Source of the DNA: an uncultured archaeon
GTDB taxonomy: Archaea > Asgardarchaeota > Lokiarchaeia > Sigyniarchaeales > SOKP01
Direction: 5' to 3'
DNA length: 64,000 nt
NCBI GenBank assembly: GCA_964493715.1
Contig: CAZBPC010000004.1
Location: 40,563-104,562 of the forward strand
The notes under the pieces were generated by a model. That model had not been told where the DNA came from. It searched no databases and saw only the letters and a list, made by a program, of their open reading frames with translations. Below, one piece after another: positions 49,067-59,659 of this stretch (positions are counted from its first letter, which is position 1; every line of letters starts with the position of its first letter). The position numbers and the translations under genes were made by a program.

Positions 49067-50743
49067 TTACTGATTTTCAAGTTTTGTTAATCTTTCTCCT
49101 AAGGAGTCGAGTTTTCTATTGATATCACTAATGACCTCATCTATCATCAAGCGAAATCGTTCATAGATATCAATGATACCTTGTTTCCGTTCTTTTATAT
49201 CCATTAAATTGATTTCACGCTTGAAATTCTCAATATATTTGTATAAATCCTCACAAAATACTTCAAAGTTATCCTTATCAAATTCTAAGCCTAATTCACG
49301 AGAAAGGTTTTTTTCTGCTAAATCCGACCAATCTACATCGAAACCTTTTATTGGAATAATTGGGATTGAGAATTTGTCTGCAAGTTGTAACTCATTGGCA
49401 CAATCCACGGAATCGAACACAGATTTTTTGGTCGCAATAAATAATATTAACTGACATTTTTGCACTGCATCTAACATCCACTTGTCAATATTGCCCGCAA
49501 GATCTGCTTCACAAAAGTAAACTTCAGATATTTCCTTTTGTTTTTCTAAATAATTGACAAGATCACCAATTCGATAAGACTCAAAATCTACAACTGCATG
49601 AGAGATAAAAACCCTTATCGTAGCTTTTTTTCTCAAATAATCTCTGATTAAATCGGGAACTTTTTGGATAATGGTATTTTCCTCACTACTAAAAGGATTT
49701 CCACTTAAATTTAGTTCTACTAATTTCGTAAGGGCCCATAATTGGGTTGGAATCTCATCAAATTTATTATTACTTAGATTTAAACTTTGAAGTGTAGTTA
49801 AATTCACAAACGACTCAGGTAGAGATGTTAAATGGTTATCTGATAACATAAGTTGCTTAAGGTTTCTTATCTTCCCAATCGATTCTGGTAAAGAACTAAA
49901 TTTATTACCCGCTAAAGATATAGTTGTCAGATCGGTGAGATTTCCAAAATCCTCAGGAAGTGCATTTAATGCCGTCTCATTATGTCCCAATTGTTGATTA
50001 ATACTCAAATGTAAAATTTTTCCATCAAAAATTCGAAGATTAACTCCATAAACTCCAGGATTCCTCCAAGGTGCATTAATTGAGTCAAGTTTTTCAGAAA
50101 AAACGCGATTTAAACCATCATTTTTCCAACTTATCTTTTTGATTATTTCAATTTGTTCAATTGGAACACCTAAATTAATATGCAAATTATAAGTAGGGTC
50201 AAATATTTTGACTTTTTTTTCACGTAAGACTCTTAGTATATCCATATTCGATGAAGTTAACTCAAGCGTTTGTATCTTTTGATTTAAAGTGAACTCTCTT
50301 AACTGATCTAATTTGGTTAACCAATTCGGTAGATTAATTATTCTATTACCCATTAGATTTAAACTATTTAGATTTTTGAACTCCTGTATATAATCAGGAA
50401 TCGCGATTAAATCGCTATTTGTTATGATCAAATCCTTGATGTAGTGTAACTCTTTTAACCATTTGGGTATTCCTTTACCCTTGGGGCAATTAATAAGAAA
50501 TCTTTCAATATTTTTTAGCTTCTTTATAGATTCTCCTAAAAGATTTGATTTATTATCATCCAATTCTAATTTCTGTAAATTGAAGCCAAGCATTATTATG
50601 GAGCCCTCATCATTAAAGTTAAAAAGGTTTTCTACTGTTGTAAAATCTTTCATATTAACTCTCCTTAAAGGTACTCCGCAAATTTTTTCAATTTCTTTAA
50701 ATGCTTCCCTTTCATCCTTATTTATCCGTTTATCATCACTCAT
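49067..50743 (-). CDS. Leucine-rich repeat protein with C-terminal TIR domain and coiled coil
   Basis: LxxLxLxxNxLxxLP repeats; RVFISHA...CQLILFIATKKS...DCANELQLA...IPIIPI; C-terminal heptads. Confidence 0.88.
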   Translation of the reverse strand: MSDDKRINKDEREAFKEIEKICGVPLRRVNMKDFTTVENLFNFNDEGSIIMLGFNLQKLELDDNKSNLLGESIKKLKNIERFLINCPKGKGIPKWLKELHYIKDLIITNSDLIAIPDYIQEFKNLNSLNLMGNRIINLPNWLTKLDQLREFTLNQKIQTLELTSSNMDILRVLREKKVKIFDPTYNLHINLGVPIEQIEIIKKISWKNDGLNRVFSEKLDSINAPWRNPGVYGVNLRIFDGKILHLSINQQLGHNETALNALPEDFGNLTDLTTISLAGNKFSSLPESIGKIRNLKQLMLSDNHLTSLPESFVNLTTLQSLNLSNNKFDEIPTQLWALTKLVELNLSGNPFSSEENTIIQKVPDLIRDYLRKKATIRVFISHAVVDFESYRIGDLVNYLEKQKEISEVYFCEADLAGNIDKWMLDAVQKCQLILFIATKKSVFDSVDCANELQLADKFSIPIIPIKGFDVDWSDLAEKNLSRELGLEFDKDNFEVFCEDLYKYIENFKREINLMDIKERKQGIIDIYERFRLMIDEVISDINRKLDSLGERLTKLENQ

Positions 50744-50962
50744 TTTTTTTCACACATTAAAAATAATGAAATAATAGATTTCACATTTTTTTGATATATG
50801 GTATATGTTTTGAATGTTTAAAAAGTAATAATCATTCTAAATTATTTTCAGAATATTCTTCAAAATTCCTTTTAAACTATTCTGATACCTATTATTAGAA
50901 TGCTTTAAATCATTCCATAAATTTGATAAATTAATCAAATTAACCCCTTAATTTTAAAACCT

Positions 50963-51400
50963 ATGAAAATTGAAAAGTTTACCATGGACTCTTATGAAAC
51001 AGTCGTTAACCTCTGGAAAAGATCTGGGATTAATGTTGGTTCTACGGACACAAGAGAAGAACTTGAGAGGATGCTTCAAAGAAATCCAAATTTATTTTTA
51101 ATTGGGAAGGATAATGATAGAGTAATAGGTGTTGTAATGGGAGGATTTGATGGAAGAAGAGGTTATGTACATCATTTAGCTATAGATCCGGATTTTCAAA
51201 GAAGAGGTTATGGGAAAATGATCATGGATGATTTAATAGAGAAGTTCCGTGAAATGAGTGTGCATAAAATTCATTTATTTATTGAAAAATATAACAAAGA
51301 TGTTGTTGAGTTTTATCAGGATATAGGCTGGGAAATAAGAGACGATTTAATTATGATGAGTTATGTCCCAGATGAGATGTTATACAAGAGAAATATATGA
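50963..51400 (+). CDS. GNAT acetyltransferase (YpeA-like)
   Basis: GGFDGRRGYVHHLAIDPDFQRRGYG, FYQDIG. Confidence 0.88.
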   Translation: MKIEKFTMDSYETVVNLWKRSGINVGSTDTREELERMLQRNPNLFLIGKDNDRVIGVVMGGFDGRRGYVHHLAIDPDFQRRGYGKMIMDDLIEKFREMSVHKIHLFIEKYNKDVVEFYQDIGWEIRDDLIMMSYVPDEMLYKRNI

Positions 51401-51534
51401 ATTTTTAACCCTCTTATTAATTTTTCAATTGAACATTTCGAAAATCATCAATAAAATTATAAATAGTTAATTGGAAATTATACTATCATCATATCAATAT
51501 TATTGGATTTAATCAAAATTGTGAGGAAAGTTGG

Positions 51535-53220
51535 ATGAAAGACTATTCTGAATGGGAACCTGAGTATGATTATGATAATGAATCTCCGTATCTTGAAACC
51601 GCTAAGAGACCCTGGTTAAAATTTAGACCTTCAGATGTTCCAAAATCAATAAAATTTGAACCAATTCCCGTAACTGAATTTATAAAAAGATCTACAAGTA
51701 ATTTTTTAAATAACGTCAGCATCTACTATAAACCAACTGATAAGAATTATACATATCGTGATTTTCTCTCTTTATCAGATAAAGTTGGAAATGCTCTGTT
51801 TGAATTGGGCATAAAAAAAGGAGAGGCTGTCGGTATAATGACAGGAAACGTTCCAGAATTCGCTTTTTGTTGCATGGGTATTATGGAGTGTGGTGCGGCA
51901 GTTACGCCCATCAATCCCTTATTGAAAGAATCTGATGTTATCCATATTATAAAAGAAGCAGGTAATATCAATACAATCTTTGTTCATAAAAATCTTTATA
52001 AGATTATTAAAAAAGTAATAAGAGAAATTAAATTAAAAAACGTCATCCTGCTAGGAGCAGATGCTGCTAAAGAAGGAACAACTACATTCGAAGAACTTAT
52101 AGAGGGTAAACCCGCAAAAGCTCCCAAAGTTGAGATAGATCCATTGAACGATTTAGCGGCATTATTGTTTACTGGAGGTACTACCGATTTACCAAAAGGA
52201 GTGATGTTAACCCATAATAATTTGGTCGCAGATGCGCTATCTGTTCTTGTATCAAATGGGGTATCAGAGGAAGCTGAGGAATTATATGGCAAAACAGTCA
52301 ATCTATCCATATTACCATTATGCCATACTTTTGGTTTTGAAGTTTTAATCATCGCTTTATACGGGGCCGCAATGCTGGTAATGTTTGATTCCTTCAATGC
52401 ATCAAGCGTTTTAGAAGCAATAGAGTATTATCGAGTAATCAATTATATTGGAGTTCCTGTTATGTTTCAAATGTTGATTAATAACCCCGATTTCAGAAAA
52501 CGAGATTTATCCAGTTTAGAAGAAGCAAATTCAGGATCAGCTTCACTTGCTCCAGAATTAGCAAAGAAATGGGAAGAAGTAGTGGGGATAAAAGTTGGAC
52601 AAGGATTTGGATTAACAGAGACTTCTCCAATAACACACATGCCATTAAAATGGATGCCTGAAATAAATTCAAAAAGCATAGGAGTGCCAATAATAGATAC
52701 GGATGCAAAAATTGTGAATCCAGATTCTTTGGAAGAGTTAGAAACGGGTAAAGTTGGAGAGTTACTTATCAAAGGTCCTCAAATAATGAAAGGTTATTGG
52801 AACTATCCAGAAGAAACGAAGAAAACTATTGTAGACGGATGGTTAAGAACTGGTGACTTGGCTCGAATGGATGAACAAGGTTATTTCTATATTGAAGGGC
52901 GTACCAAGGACATAATCAAGTACAAAGGCTATAAAGTCATGCCGAAAGAAGTTGAAGAGAAACTCTTTGAACATCCTGCTATTTTGGAAGCAGGAGTAGT
53001 CTCAGCTCCAGATCCTGAAATAGGTGAAACAATAAAAGCATATATAGCGCTTAAACCAGAATTTAAGGATAAAATATCAGAGAAAGATATTATCGAATGG
53101 TCAAAGGATAGATTAGCAGCATATAAATATCCTCGACTGGTTGAATTCGTAAATGTATTACCTAGAACTGCCGTGGGGAAAATTTTTAGGAGAAAATTAA
53201 GAGAGAGAGCAACAAAGTAA
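51535..53220 (+). CDS. Long-chain acyl-CoA synthetase (AMP-binding)
   Basis: FTGGTTDLPKG, GFGLTETSP, GWLRTGD, R.KD.IKY.G, PRTAVGK. Confidence 0.92.
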   Translation: MKDYSEWEPEYDYDNESPYLETAKRPWLKFRPSDVPKSIKFEPIPVTEFIKRSTSNFLNNVSIYYKPTDKNYTYRDFLSLSDKVGNALFELGIKKGEAVGIMTGNVPEFAFCCMGIMECGAAVTPINPLLKESDVIHIIKEAGNINTIFVHKNLYKIIKKVIREIKLKNVILLGADAAKEGTTTFEELIEGKPAKAPKVEIDPLNDLAALLFTGGTTDLPKGVMLTHNNLVADALSVLVSNGVSEEAEELYGKTVNLSILPLCHTFGFEVLIIALYGAAMLVMFDSFNASSVLEAIEYYRVINYIGVPVMFQMLINNPDFRKRDLSSLEEANSGSASLAPELAKKWEEVVGIKVGQGFGLTETSPITHMPLKWMPEINSKSIGVPIIDTDAKIVNPDSLEELETGKVGELLIKGPQIMKGYWNYPEETKKTIVDGWLRTGDLARMDEQGYFYIEGRTKDIIKYKGYKVMPKEVEEKLFEHPAILEAGVVSAPDPEIGETIKAYIALKPEFKDKISEKDIIEWSKDRLAAYKYPRLVEFVNVLPRTAVGKIFRRKLRERATK

Positions 53221-53234
53221 AGAACTTGAAAAAA

Positions 53235-53795
53235 TTAAGAATTTTTCTTAATTTCAGCTAGTCTATTAAATATATCTTTAAAATGACCCCCTATCCAATA
53301 AATTTTATTGCAATCCTTATTAGTACACACCCAAAATTCGTCAATATTTAGATAAACTGAATCAGGAATATTATTTCTAAATTTCGTCTTATCTCCAACG
53401 ATTTTAATTTTAGAATTGCATTTGGAACATCTAGCGATGGTGGAGTCATATTTTAAACGAATCTTGAATTTATTAAAGATTTCATACATGTTTTCAGCAA
53501 ATTTAGTGGAATTTAATAAAATGTAAGGTGTTATAGAATGATCAATATCGAATTTTAAATATAGATCTGGATTCTCATTAATTTTTTTTTCATACCTTTT
53601 TTTGAATTTTCTAATCATCTCTCTATCACGGCTGATTAAAATCCGATGTTCTAAAAAGCATTGCTCAATTAGATCATCATCAGCAACGGGAGATCCATAA
53701 GAAGGTTCGTAATCCTTAGCATAACGTGTATCATATCCCAGGAATCTCAACCATCGCGTCAAATTTCCTTCCATCTCATCAGTAAGAAAATTCAT
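53235..53795 (-). CDS. Mut7-C RNase domain (PIN-like) protein
   Basis: FLTDEM.GNLTRWLRFLGYDT, RILISRD, RCSKCN...C...C.KIYW.G.H. Confidence 0.88.
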   Translation of the reverse strand: MNFLTDEMEGNLTRWLRFLGYDTRYAKDYEPSYGSPVADDDLIEQCFLEHRILISRDREMIRKFKKRYEKKINENPDLYLKFDIDHSITPYILLNSTKFAENMYEIFNKFKIRLKYDSTIARCSKCNSKIKIVGDKTKFRNNIPDSVYLNIDEFWVCTNKDCNKIYWIGGHFKDIFNRLAEIKKNS

Positions 53796-54060
53796 TTTTT
53801 CCTTGGTGTTTATTAATTGGTTTTAATAGAATAGCATTATTTGGACATCTATGGAAGCAGACTGAACATCCTCCACAAGATTTATCTGAATTCATGGTAA
53901 TTGCTATGTTTTCAGAGTTAAATTTCCTTATTTTTAATGGGCAATATTTGATGCAAGTTCCACAAGATTTGCATTTTTCTAAAATAGTAACAGCATTATA
54001 CGATATTTTAGATAATTCATTAATTGCTTCTTGTAAATCTTTAGAACGTGAAACATCCAT
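53779..54060 (-). CDS. 2x[4Fe-4S] ferredoxin
   Basis: CKSCGTCIKYCP and CGGCSVCFHRCP; start placed at ATG 54060. Confidence 0.82.
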   Translation of the reverse strand: MDVSRSKDLQEAINELSKISYNAVTILEKCKSCGTCIKYCPLKIRKFNSENIAITMNSDKSCGGCSVCFHRCPNNAILLKPINKHQGKNEFSY

Positions 54061-54125
54061 AATAAAATCAGTAAAAAGATTCAAATATTCTAATATAAAA
54101 AAAGAAAAAATGTATAAGAATTTAT

Positions 54126-55160
54126 TCAAGATATTTTTGAACACAGATTTTTAAGAATTTTCTCTGCTTCTTTCGTATATGTGGTGATTATATCCTCCAC
54201 GTCTAAGATATCATAAATTAATCCACATGTTTGACCCGCTGGAATTGCTCCGTTTTCTACATCTCCTTTAGTATATACAATTTCGTAGCGATATAATTCA
54301 TCTAAATATTCATCCATGTTAAAAGCCTGCTCTTGAGAAATTTTTTCTTCTTTAGAAATAACTTCCCCATGTTCTAAACAGAACTTATTTTTCAACAGTC
54401 TGATTGGTCCAAAACCTCCTGTAGTAAGCATGGTATCACGAGCAGTGGCTGGTAGAATCAAACCTTTATAATTGGGATGAAATTCGCTTTGTTTTGAGGC
54501 TATAAATCGCGTACCCATTGCAATGGCATCAGCGCCCATTGCCAATCCTGCAGCAAGCCCCTCAGGGCTTGAAAAACCTCCGCATGCTACCAATAACTTA
54601 TCAGGATACTTACGAGCAACTTGTTGGACTAAAACTAATGTGGAAATCCCTTCATAACTTTGATGACCTCCTCCTTCTGTACCAGTTGCCACAATTCCAT
54701 CACACCCTGCATCTACGATTTTATCAACAAGCCATAAAGCGGGACCAACATGAAAATGGCTCATATCCGGAGCTCTCTCCTTCCATATTTTGGATGCAGT
54801 TCTTGGACCTCCCGCGCTTGTTAAACCATATACTAACTGTTCTCTGATTTTGGGATTTTCATTTCGCCATTGAGCTATTTTACGCAATAAAATTTTATGA
54901 TCTGTTTGAATCCTTGCCGTTCGGACATTTACACCAAATGGTTTGTCAGTATGCTCAACTACATAATCAATTTGCGTTTTGAAATCTGAGACAGAATTTT
55001 TTCCTCTTAGAGTAGCATGACTTAAAACTCCAAGACCCCCTGCTTCAGAAGTTGCCACTGTAAGTTCCGTTGTATAAAATGGACCCATAGGAGCGCTCAA
55101 AATTGGATATTTTATTCCAAATTTTTCAGTGATTCGTGTCTTTATCATTATTATCTTCAA
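54126..55160 (-). CDS. Nitronate monooxygenase/FabK-like FMN oxidoreductase
   Basis: PILSAPMG, AGGLG, GTEGGGH, ACGG, MGTRFIAS. Confidence 0.88.
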   Translation of the reverse strand: MKIIMIKTRITEKFGIKYPILSAPMGPFYTTELTVATSEAGGLGVLSHATLRGKNSVSDFKTQIDYVVEHTDKPFGVNVRTARIQTDHKILLRKIAQWRNENPKIREQLVYGLTSAGGPRTASKIWKERAPDMSHFHVGPALWLVDKIVDAGCDGIVATGTEGGGHQSYEGISTLVLVQQVARKYPDKLLVACGGFSSPEGLAAGLAMGADAIAMGTRFIASKQSEFHPNYKGLILPATARDTMLTTGGFGPIRLLKNKFCLEHGEVISKEEKISQEQAFNMDEYLDELYRYEIVYTKGDVENGAIPAGQTCGLIYDILDVEDIITTYTKEAEKILKNLCSKIS

Positions 55161-55354
55161 TTTAATTAATTATATTATATATAATTATACCAATTTAAAA
55201 CTAAAAAAGGTTTTTTTAAAATCTGTTACTTCAGAGTCTAAAAAGTGAGATTTCCCTTATTCAATAAAAAAAAATAAGAAGATATAAGGTTTTCTCAAAA
55301 GTATAATTTAATATTATTGATTTTATTAATTCTAACCCCGGAACCTTTCTAAAT

Positions 55355-56146
55355 TTATGTGTATTTATCGTACAACTCTCTTATAAAAACATCAAGTTCT
55401 TCCATTGTTTTTATACCTCCATCATAAGCAACCTTACCACACTCATCCTCTAAATCAAAAAATGATTTAATTCGCCCTTTTTCCATAATTGTTAACATTG
55501 TTTTCAAAAAGATCAAGAATTTAGTTTGATATTTACAGATCTCCTTAGCGAATTCCAATGTCTTTGTTTCCAATTGATCTAATTTGAAAATTCTTGTTGG
55601 AAAATTAATATTCTTTAGCTCATCTAAACCAATTTTATCGGTCGTATACAGTAAATTTTTCGCATAATTAAATCCAAATGAAATTAATGGTAAAAACGTT
55701 GCTCCTGTCTGAGGAAATGCAGAAATTGCTAATTCGGGTAATCTTAAATAAACCTCTTCTATTGGTCTATCTGCAAAAACTTTTAAATCAGAGGATAAGA
55801 TTAACATTACACCAAATCCAATTGCTATTCCTTGAATTTGAGCGATTATTGGTTTTTTTATGAGGATCATACTTTCATTGACCTTCCTACCCCATTCTTG
55901 AATTTTTGCTACATTCGCAGGATCTCCAGTGACTTCTTTTAGATCATAACCAGCAGAAAAGAATTTTTGCCCTGTACTTCTTATTAAAATGCACTTTATT
56001 TTTTCATCGCTATCCGCTTCCTTTAACATCGCATGAAACGATTTTAACATGTCACTATTAAATGAATGAGCTTTATCTGGTCTATCTATAGTTATTACAG
56101 CAACTCGACCTTTTTCTTCATAAAAAATTAATTTTCGATTTTCCAT
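55355..56146 (-). CDS. Enoyl-CoA hydratase/isomerase family protein
   Basis: ITIDRP, FSAGYDL, KPIIAQIQG, LPE. Confidence 0.85.
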   Translation of the reverse strand: MENRKLIFYEEKGRVAVITIDRPDKAHSFNSDMLKSFHAMLKEADSDEKIKCILIRSTGQKFFSAGYDLKEVTGDPANVAKIQEWGRKVNESMILIKKPIIAQIQGIAIGFGVMLILSSDLKVFADRPIEEVYLRLPELAISAFPQTGATFLPLISFGFNYAKNLLYTTDKIGLDELKNINFPTRIFKLDQLETKTLEFAKEICKYQTKFLIFLKTMLTIMEKGRIKSFFDLEDECGKVAYDGGIKTMEELDVFIRELYDKYT

Positions 56147-56266
56147 AGGAGTTCTTATTTTATGCTATTTATTAAAACATATTATTTTAATTAGATCCTC
56201 TTAGAAATATATATCATCATTACTTCTTATTTTATAGAATTCGATTATGGCAAATGAAGTGTAAAT

Positions 56267-56938
56267 ATGACAGAAATAAAACCAACACCCCTTTTGCAAG
56301 TAGCTTTGGATTTTGAAAGTTTGGATCAAGCTCTTCAAATAGCTTCAGATGTTGCTCCTTATGTGGATATTATAGAAGCTGGAACACCATTAATAAAATC
56401 AGAAGGAATACGTGTTGTCCGTGCCCTCAAAGATGCACATCCTGATAAATTAATATGTGCTGATTTAAAAATCGCTGATGCTGGTTACCTTGAAGTCCGA
56501 ATGGCTGCCAAATCAAAGGCAGATATAATCACCGTACTTGCTGATGCGTATGATATAACAATTGTAGAGACTCTCCGTGCGGCTCATGAATTCAATGTAG
56601 AAATTATGGCAGATCTCATTATGTCAAGAAGACCAGCAAAACGATTAAAAGAGATTGTGGATTTAAATTACAAAAATACCAAATTGCATTACTCATTGGT
56701 ACATAGTGGGTTAGACCGACAAGAATCTAGGCATTCCCCTTTATCAGAAATTGAGTCTGTAGCTCATATACAAAATAGACCGAAATTGGCTATAGCAGGT
56801 GGCATCACAAAATCCGAGATCCCCAAATTAAAACCCTACCCCCTAGATATCATTATAATCGGTGGAGCAATTACTCGTGTTGAAAAACCAAGAAAAGTAG
56901 CGGAAGAAATTAGAAAACTAGTTGACTTGACATTTTAA
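56267..56938 (+). CDS. hps: 3-hexulose-6-phosphate synthase (OMPDC/HUMPS family)
   Basis: LQVALD, IIEAGTPLIKSEG, ADLKIADAG, HSGLD.Q, AIAGGI, IGGAIT. Confidence 0.85.
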   Translation: MTEIKPTPLLQVALDFESLDQALQIASDVAPYVDIIEAGTPLIKSEGIRVVRALKDAHPDKLICADLKIADAGYLEVRMAAKSKADIITVLADAYDITIVETLRAAHEFNVEIMADLIMSRRPAKRLKEIVDLNYKNTKLHYSLVHSGLDRQESRHSPLSEIESVAHIQNRPKLAIAGGITKSEIPKLKPYPLDIIIIGGAITRVEKPRKVAEEIRKLVDLTF

Positions 56939-57201
56939 CGGGTTTTTACAATAAGAGATTTTGATATTTATAGGGCATATATTAATTGGTTTTGGGTGAT
57001 GTTAATTTTCGCTTCTGCCTAGAAAGTTTAGAATCTGTTTTTGAAGATGAACTGGTTTATCCCACTAATTTAGGTAAATAAATAGCCATTAAATTAAACT
57101 ATATTTTTAGATTTTAACAATATTAGTACCTTTTAGGAAATATTGGATTTAGATTCAAAAAATATGAGTAGATAATAAATTTGATGTTGGTTTAGATTAA
57201 A

Positions 57202-58239
57202 ATGAAAAAAGAAAAAACCGACATCTTAAAAAATAAAATTATTATAAGTTGGAGACTAAACTTCATGCCCGAAAGTAGTATTATTTTAAATGATCTTAAT
57301 AAGGTTTTTATACCTTGTCGAACGGTATTAGAGATGGAAGCATTAACTTCGTTGTTTTTAGAATATTATAGTTACGATCTAATAAAAGAGGTTCCCAAAA
57401 GTCAGCCTTCAAGCCAATATCTTAAAGAAATTTTCCGAATTTTAGAATGTCAACCTCTTGAGAGGATTATTGAATATTTTATCGACGTAGTTGTGCCTAA
57501 ACTCAAACCGATCGTCATGTATGCAAGGGACCATCAAGATCGATTCAGAATGGGAAATGTAGCGGCTTATACTAAAACGCGCGTGTGCCTTTATCTAGCT
57601 TTGCATAGATTAAAGTTAAAATTCTTGATCATAAAACATTTCATGACTTCATTTAAAGAAAATAACTTTAAATTAAATTTACCGGAAAAACAAGAGGGTC
57701 TGGGAGCTCACGCATTCATGGCATCTTTCTATAAGGACTACACTCATAAGAATAAAATGAATCTAAAATTAATGCTTTCAACCAAAAGAGTTTCAGAGAG
57801 AGTTAATAAAATGATTGATCTTAAGGATATTGTAACTAACGAGGATATAATTTACGCAATAACTTTTAAAAAGTTTTTAGATGATAAAAGTCGAATCAAA
57901 TTCATAATGAGAGAAATAAAAGCTTCTTTATTCGTTTGTAAGGTAATGTTCGCACAAATGGATGTTTTTAATCCTTTTACTGTTGCAAAGGAAACTATGA
58001 TTGATGCAGAAGAAATCATGTTGAGTCAAGACTTCATTCCAGTCCTCATACCCGCGATTTCAAATTGTTATTTGGGCAATAATCAAGATCAACTTGAAGA
58101 TCTATTTCAAGCTTACGAATTTTTGATGAATAGAGTGTTAGAAGGAATTAATTATGCCATAGAAATAGCTTCAGGTGGTCAAATAATTCTTGAATTAGAT
58201 GATACGATTTATAATTTAGGGAACATCTTCGATGTTTAA
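57202..58239 (+). CDS. Hypothetical protein
   Basis: Long ORF with no recognisable motif; start may be ATG 57265. Confidence 0.75.
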   Translation: MKKEKTDILKNKIIISWRLNFMPESSIILNDLNKVFIPCRTVLEMEALTSLFLEYYSYDLIKEVPKSQPSSQYLKEIFRILECQPLERIIEYFIDVVVPKLKPIVMYARDHQDRFRMGNVAAYTKTRVCLYLALHRLKLKFLIIKHFMTSFKENNFKLNLPEKQEGLGAHAFMASFYKDYTHKNKMNLKLMLSTKRVSERVNKMIDLKDIVTNEDIIYAITFKKFLDDKSRIKFIMREIKASLFVCKVMFAQMDVFNPFTVAKETMIDAEEIMLSQDFIPVLIPAISNCYLGNNQDQLEDLFQAYEFLMNRVLEGINYAIEIASGGQIILELDDTIYNLGNIFDV

Positions 58240-58405
58240 ACTGAAATTAACCCTCCTCCTTATTTTACTCGATATTTAAAATAGCAATTGTATTTTAAGC
58301 AAAAAATATAGAATTATATAATTTTAATCCGAAATTTACTTCAATAGTATAATTTAATTTGTTTATGTAAAATAAAAAAAATAAAAATCTAAGTGAAATG
58401 TAAAA

Positions 58406-59659
58406 ATGTCAAGAAAAGTAGCTATTATAGGGATAGGTATCACTCCTTTTAGAGCAAGATATTTGGATAAAACGTATTTCGAACTCGCATACGATGCAAC
58501 AAAACTTGCGTTGGAAGATGCGAACAATAATGGAGCGGAAATTACACATCATAATTTAGAATCTACGGTATATGGTATATATAACGAGTTATTTGAGCGA
58601 CAATTCATGCCGGATATTTTTATAAATTCGTATATCGGAATGAATAATAAACCTGGAACGCGAATTGCGTCTGGGGGTGCCACTGGAGGTTATACCGTGA
58701 GAATGGCTTACTCAGAAGTAGCCTCAGGGCTATCGGATCTATGCCTTTGTCTTGGTGTGGAGAAATGTAACGATTGTTATGATGAACAGACGGGTGTGAC
58801 TACTCCTGAAGTATTGAATGCAATTGCATATTCCGCTGATATGACTTATGAATATCCTATGGGAATGATGGCAGCTAGTTCATATGTTTCAATGGTAAAC
58901 GCTCATTTTGAAGAATTTGGCAATCCAACTGAAGAACAGATGGCTTATGTCAGTGTTAAGAATCATGGAAACGCAATGTTAAATTCTAAAGCACAATCTC
59001 CAATGGAGGTAACCGTCGAGGATGTATTGAATTCTAGAATAATTTGCTATCCCTTTAAAATGCTTGATTGTTGTTTATATTCAGAAGGTTCTGCGGCATT
59101 GATATTAGCAAGTGAAGAAAAAGTAAGGGAATTGAAGATTGAAAATCCAATTTGGATAACTGGAGTTGGAGCTGCTAATACTGATTGTTTTATAGGGAAC
59201 AGAGAAGATATGGGAAGACTTTATTCAAATATTTATGCTGCAAAAGCCGCTTATAAAATGGCAGAACTCGATTATAATAAGATAAAAAATCAAATCGATT
59301 TAGCAGAATTACATGATGCATTTAGTGGGCAGGAAGTCATAAGTTATGAGGAGCTTGGATTCGTTCCTTTTGGTGAAGGAGGCTCTTGGATTGAAAAGAC
59401 TTTTGAGAAGCCAGGAGAGGGACCGTGGCGGGAAGGAGAACTTCCATGTTGTCCTTCTGGAGGTTTAATAGGATGTGGTCATGCGGTTGGTGCCACGGGA
59501 ATAATGAGTACGGGAGAAGCTGCATTACAATTAAGAGGAGAAGCTGGAAAGCATCAAGTTTCGATTGAGAAAGGAAGGGCTATATCTCACTCAATTGGAG
59601 GTCCAGGAGCGGCTTATGCTGCCGTAATCGTAATGGCAAATAAGGAGGGGTTAAAATAA
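58406..59659 (+). CDS. SCP-x-type thiolase-family protein lacking the canonical nucleophile Cys
   Basis: VAIIGIG, SGGATGG, GVEK, VSVKNH.NA..N..A, ELHDAF, GHAVGATG. Confidence 0.88.
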   Translation: MSRKVAIIGIGITPFRARYLDKTYFELAYDATKLALEDANNNGAEITHHNLESTVYGIYNELFERQFMPDIFINSYIGMNNKPGTRIASGGATGGYTVRMAYSEVASGLSDLCLCLGVEKCNDCYDEQTGVTTPEVLNAIAYSADMTYEYPMGMMAASSYVSMVNAHFEEFGNPTEEQMAYVSVKNHGNAMLNSKAQSPMEVTVEDVLNSRIICYPFKMLDCCLYSEGSAALILASEEKVRELKIENPIWITGVGAANTDCFIGNREDMGRLYSNIYAAKAAYKMAELDYNKIKNQIDLAELHDAFSGQEVISYEELGFVPFGEGGSWIEKTFEKPGEGPWREGELPCCPSGGLIGCGHAVGATGIMSTGEAALQLRGEAGKHQVSIEKGRAISHSIGGPGAAYAAVIVMANKEGLK

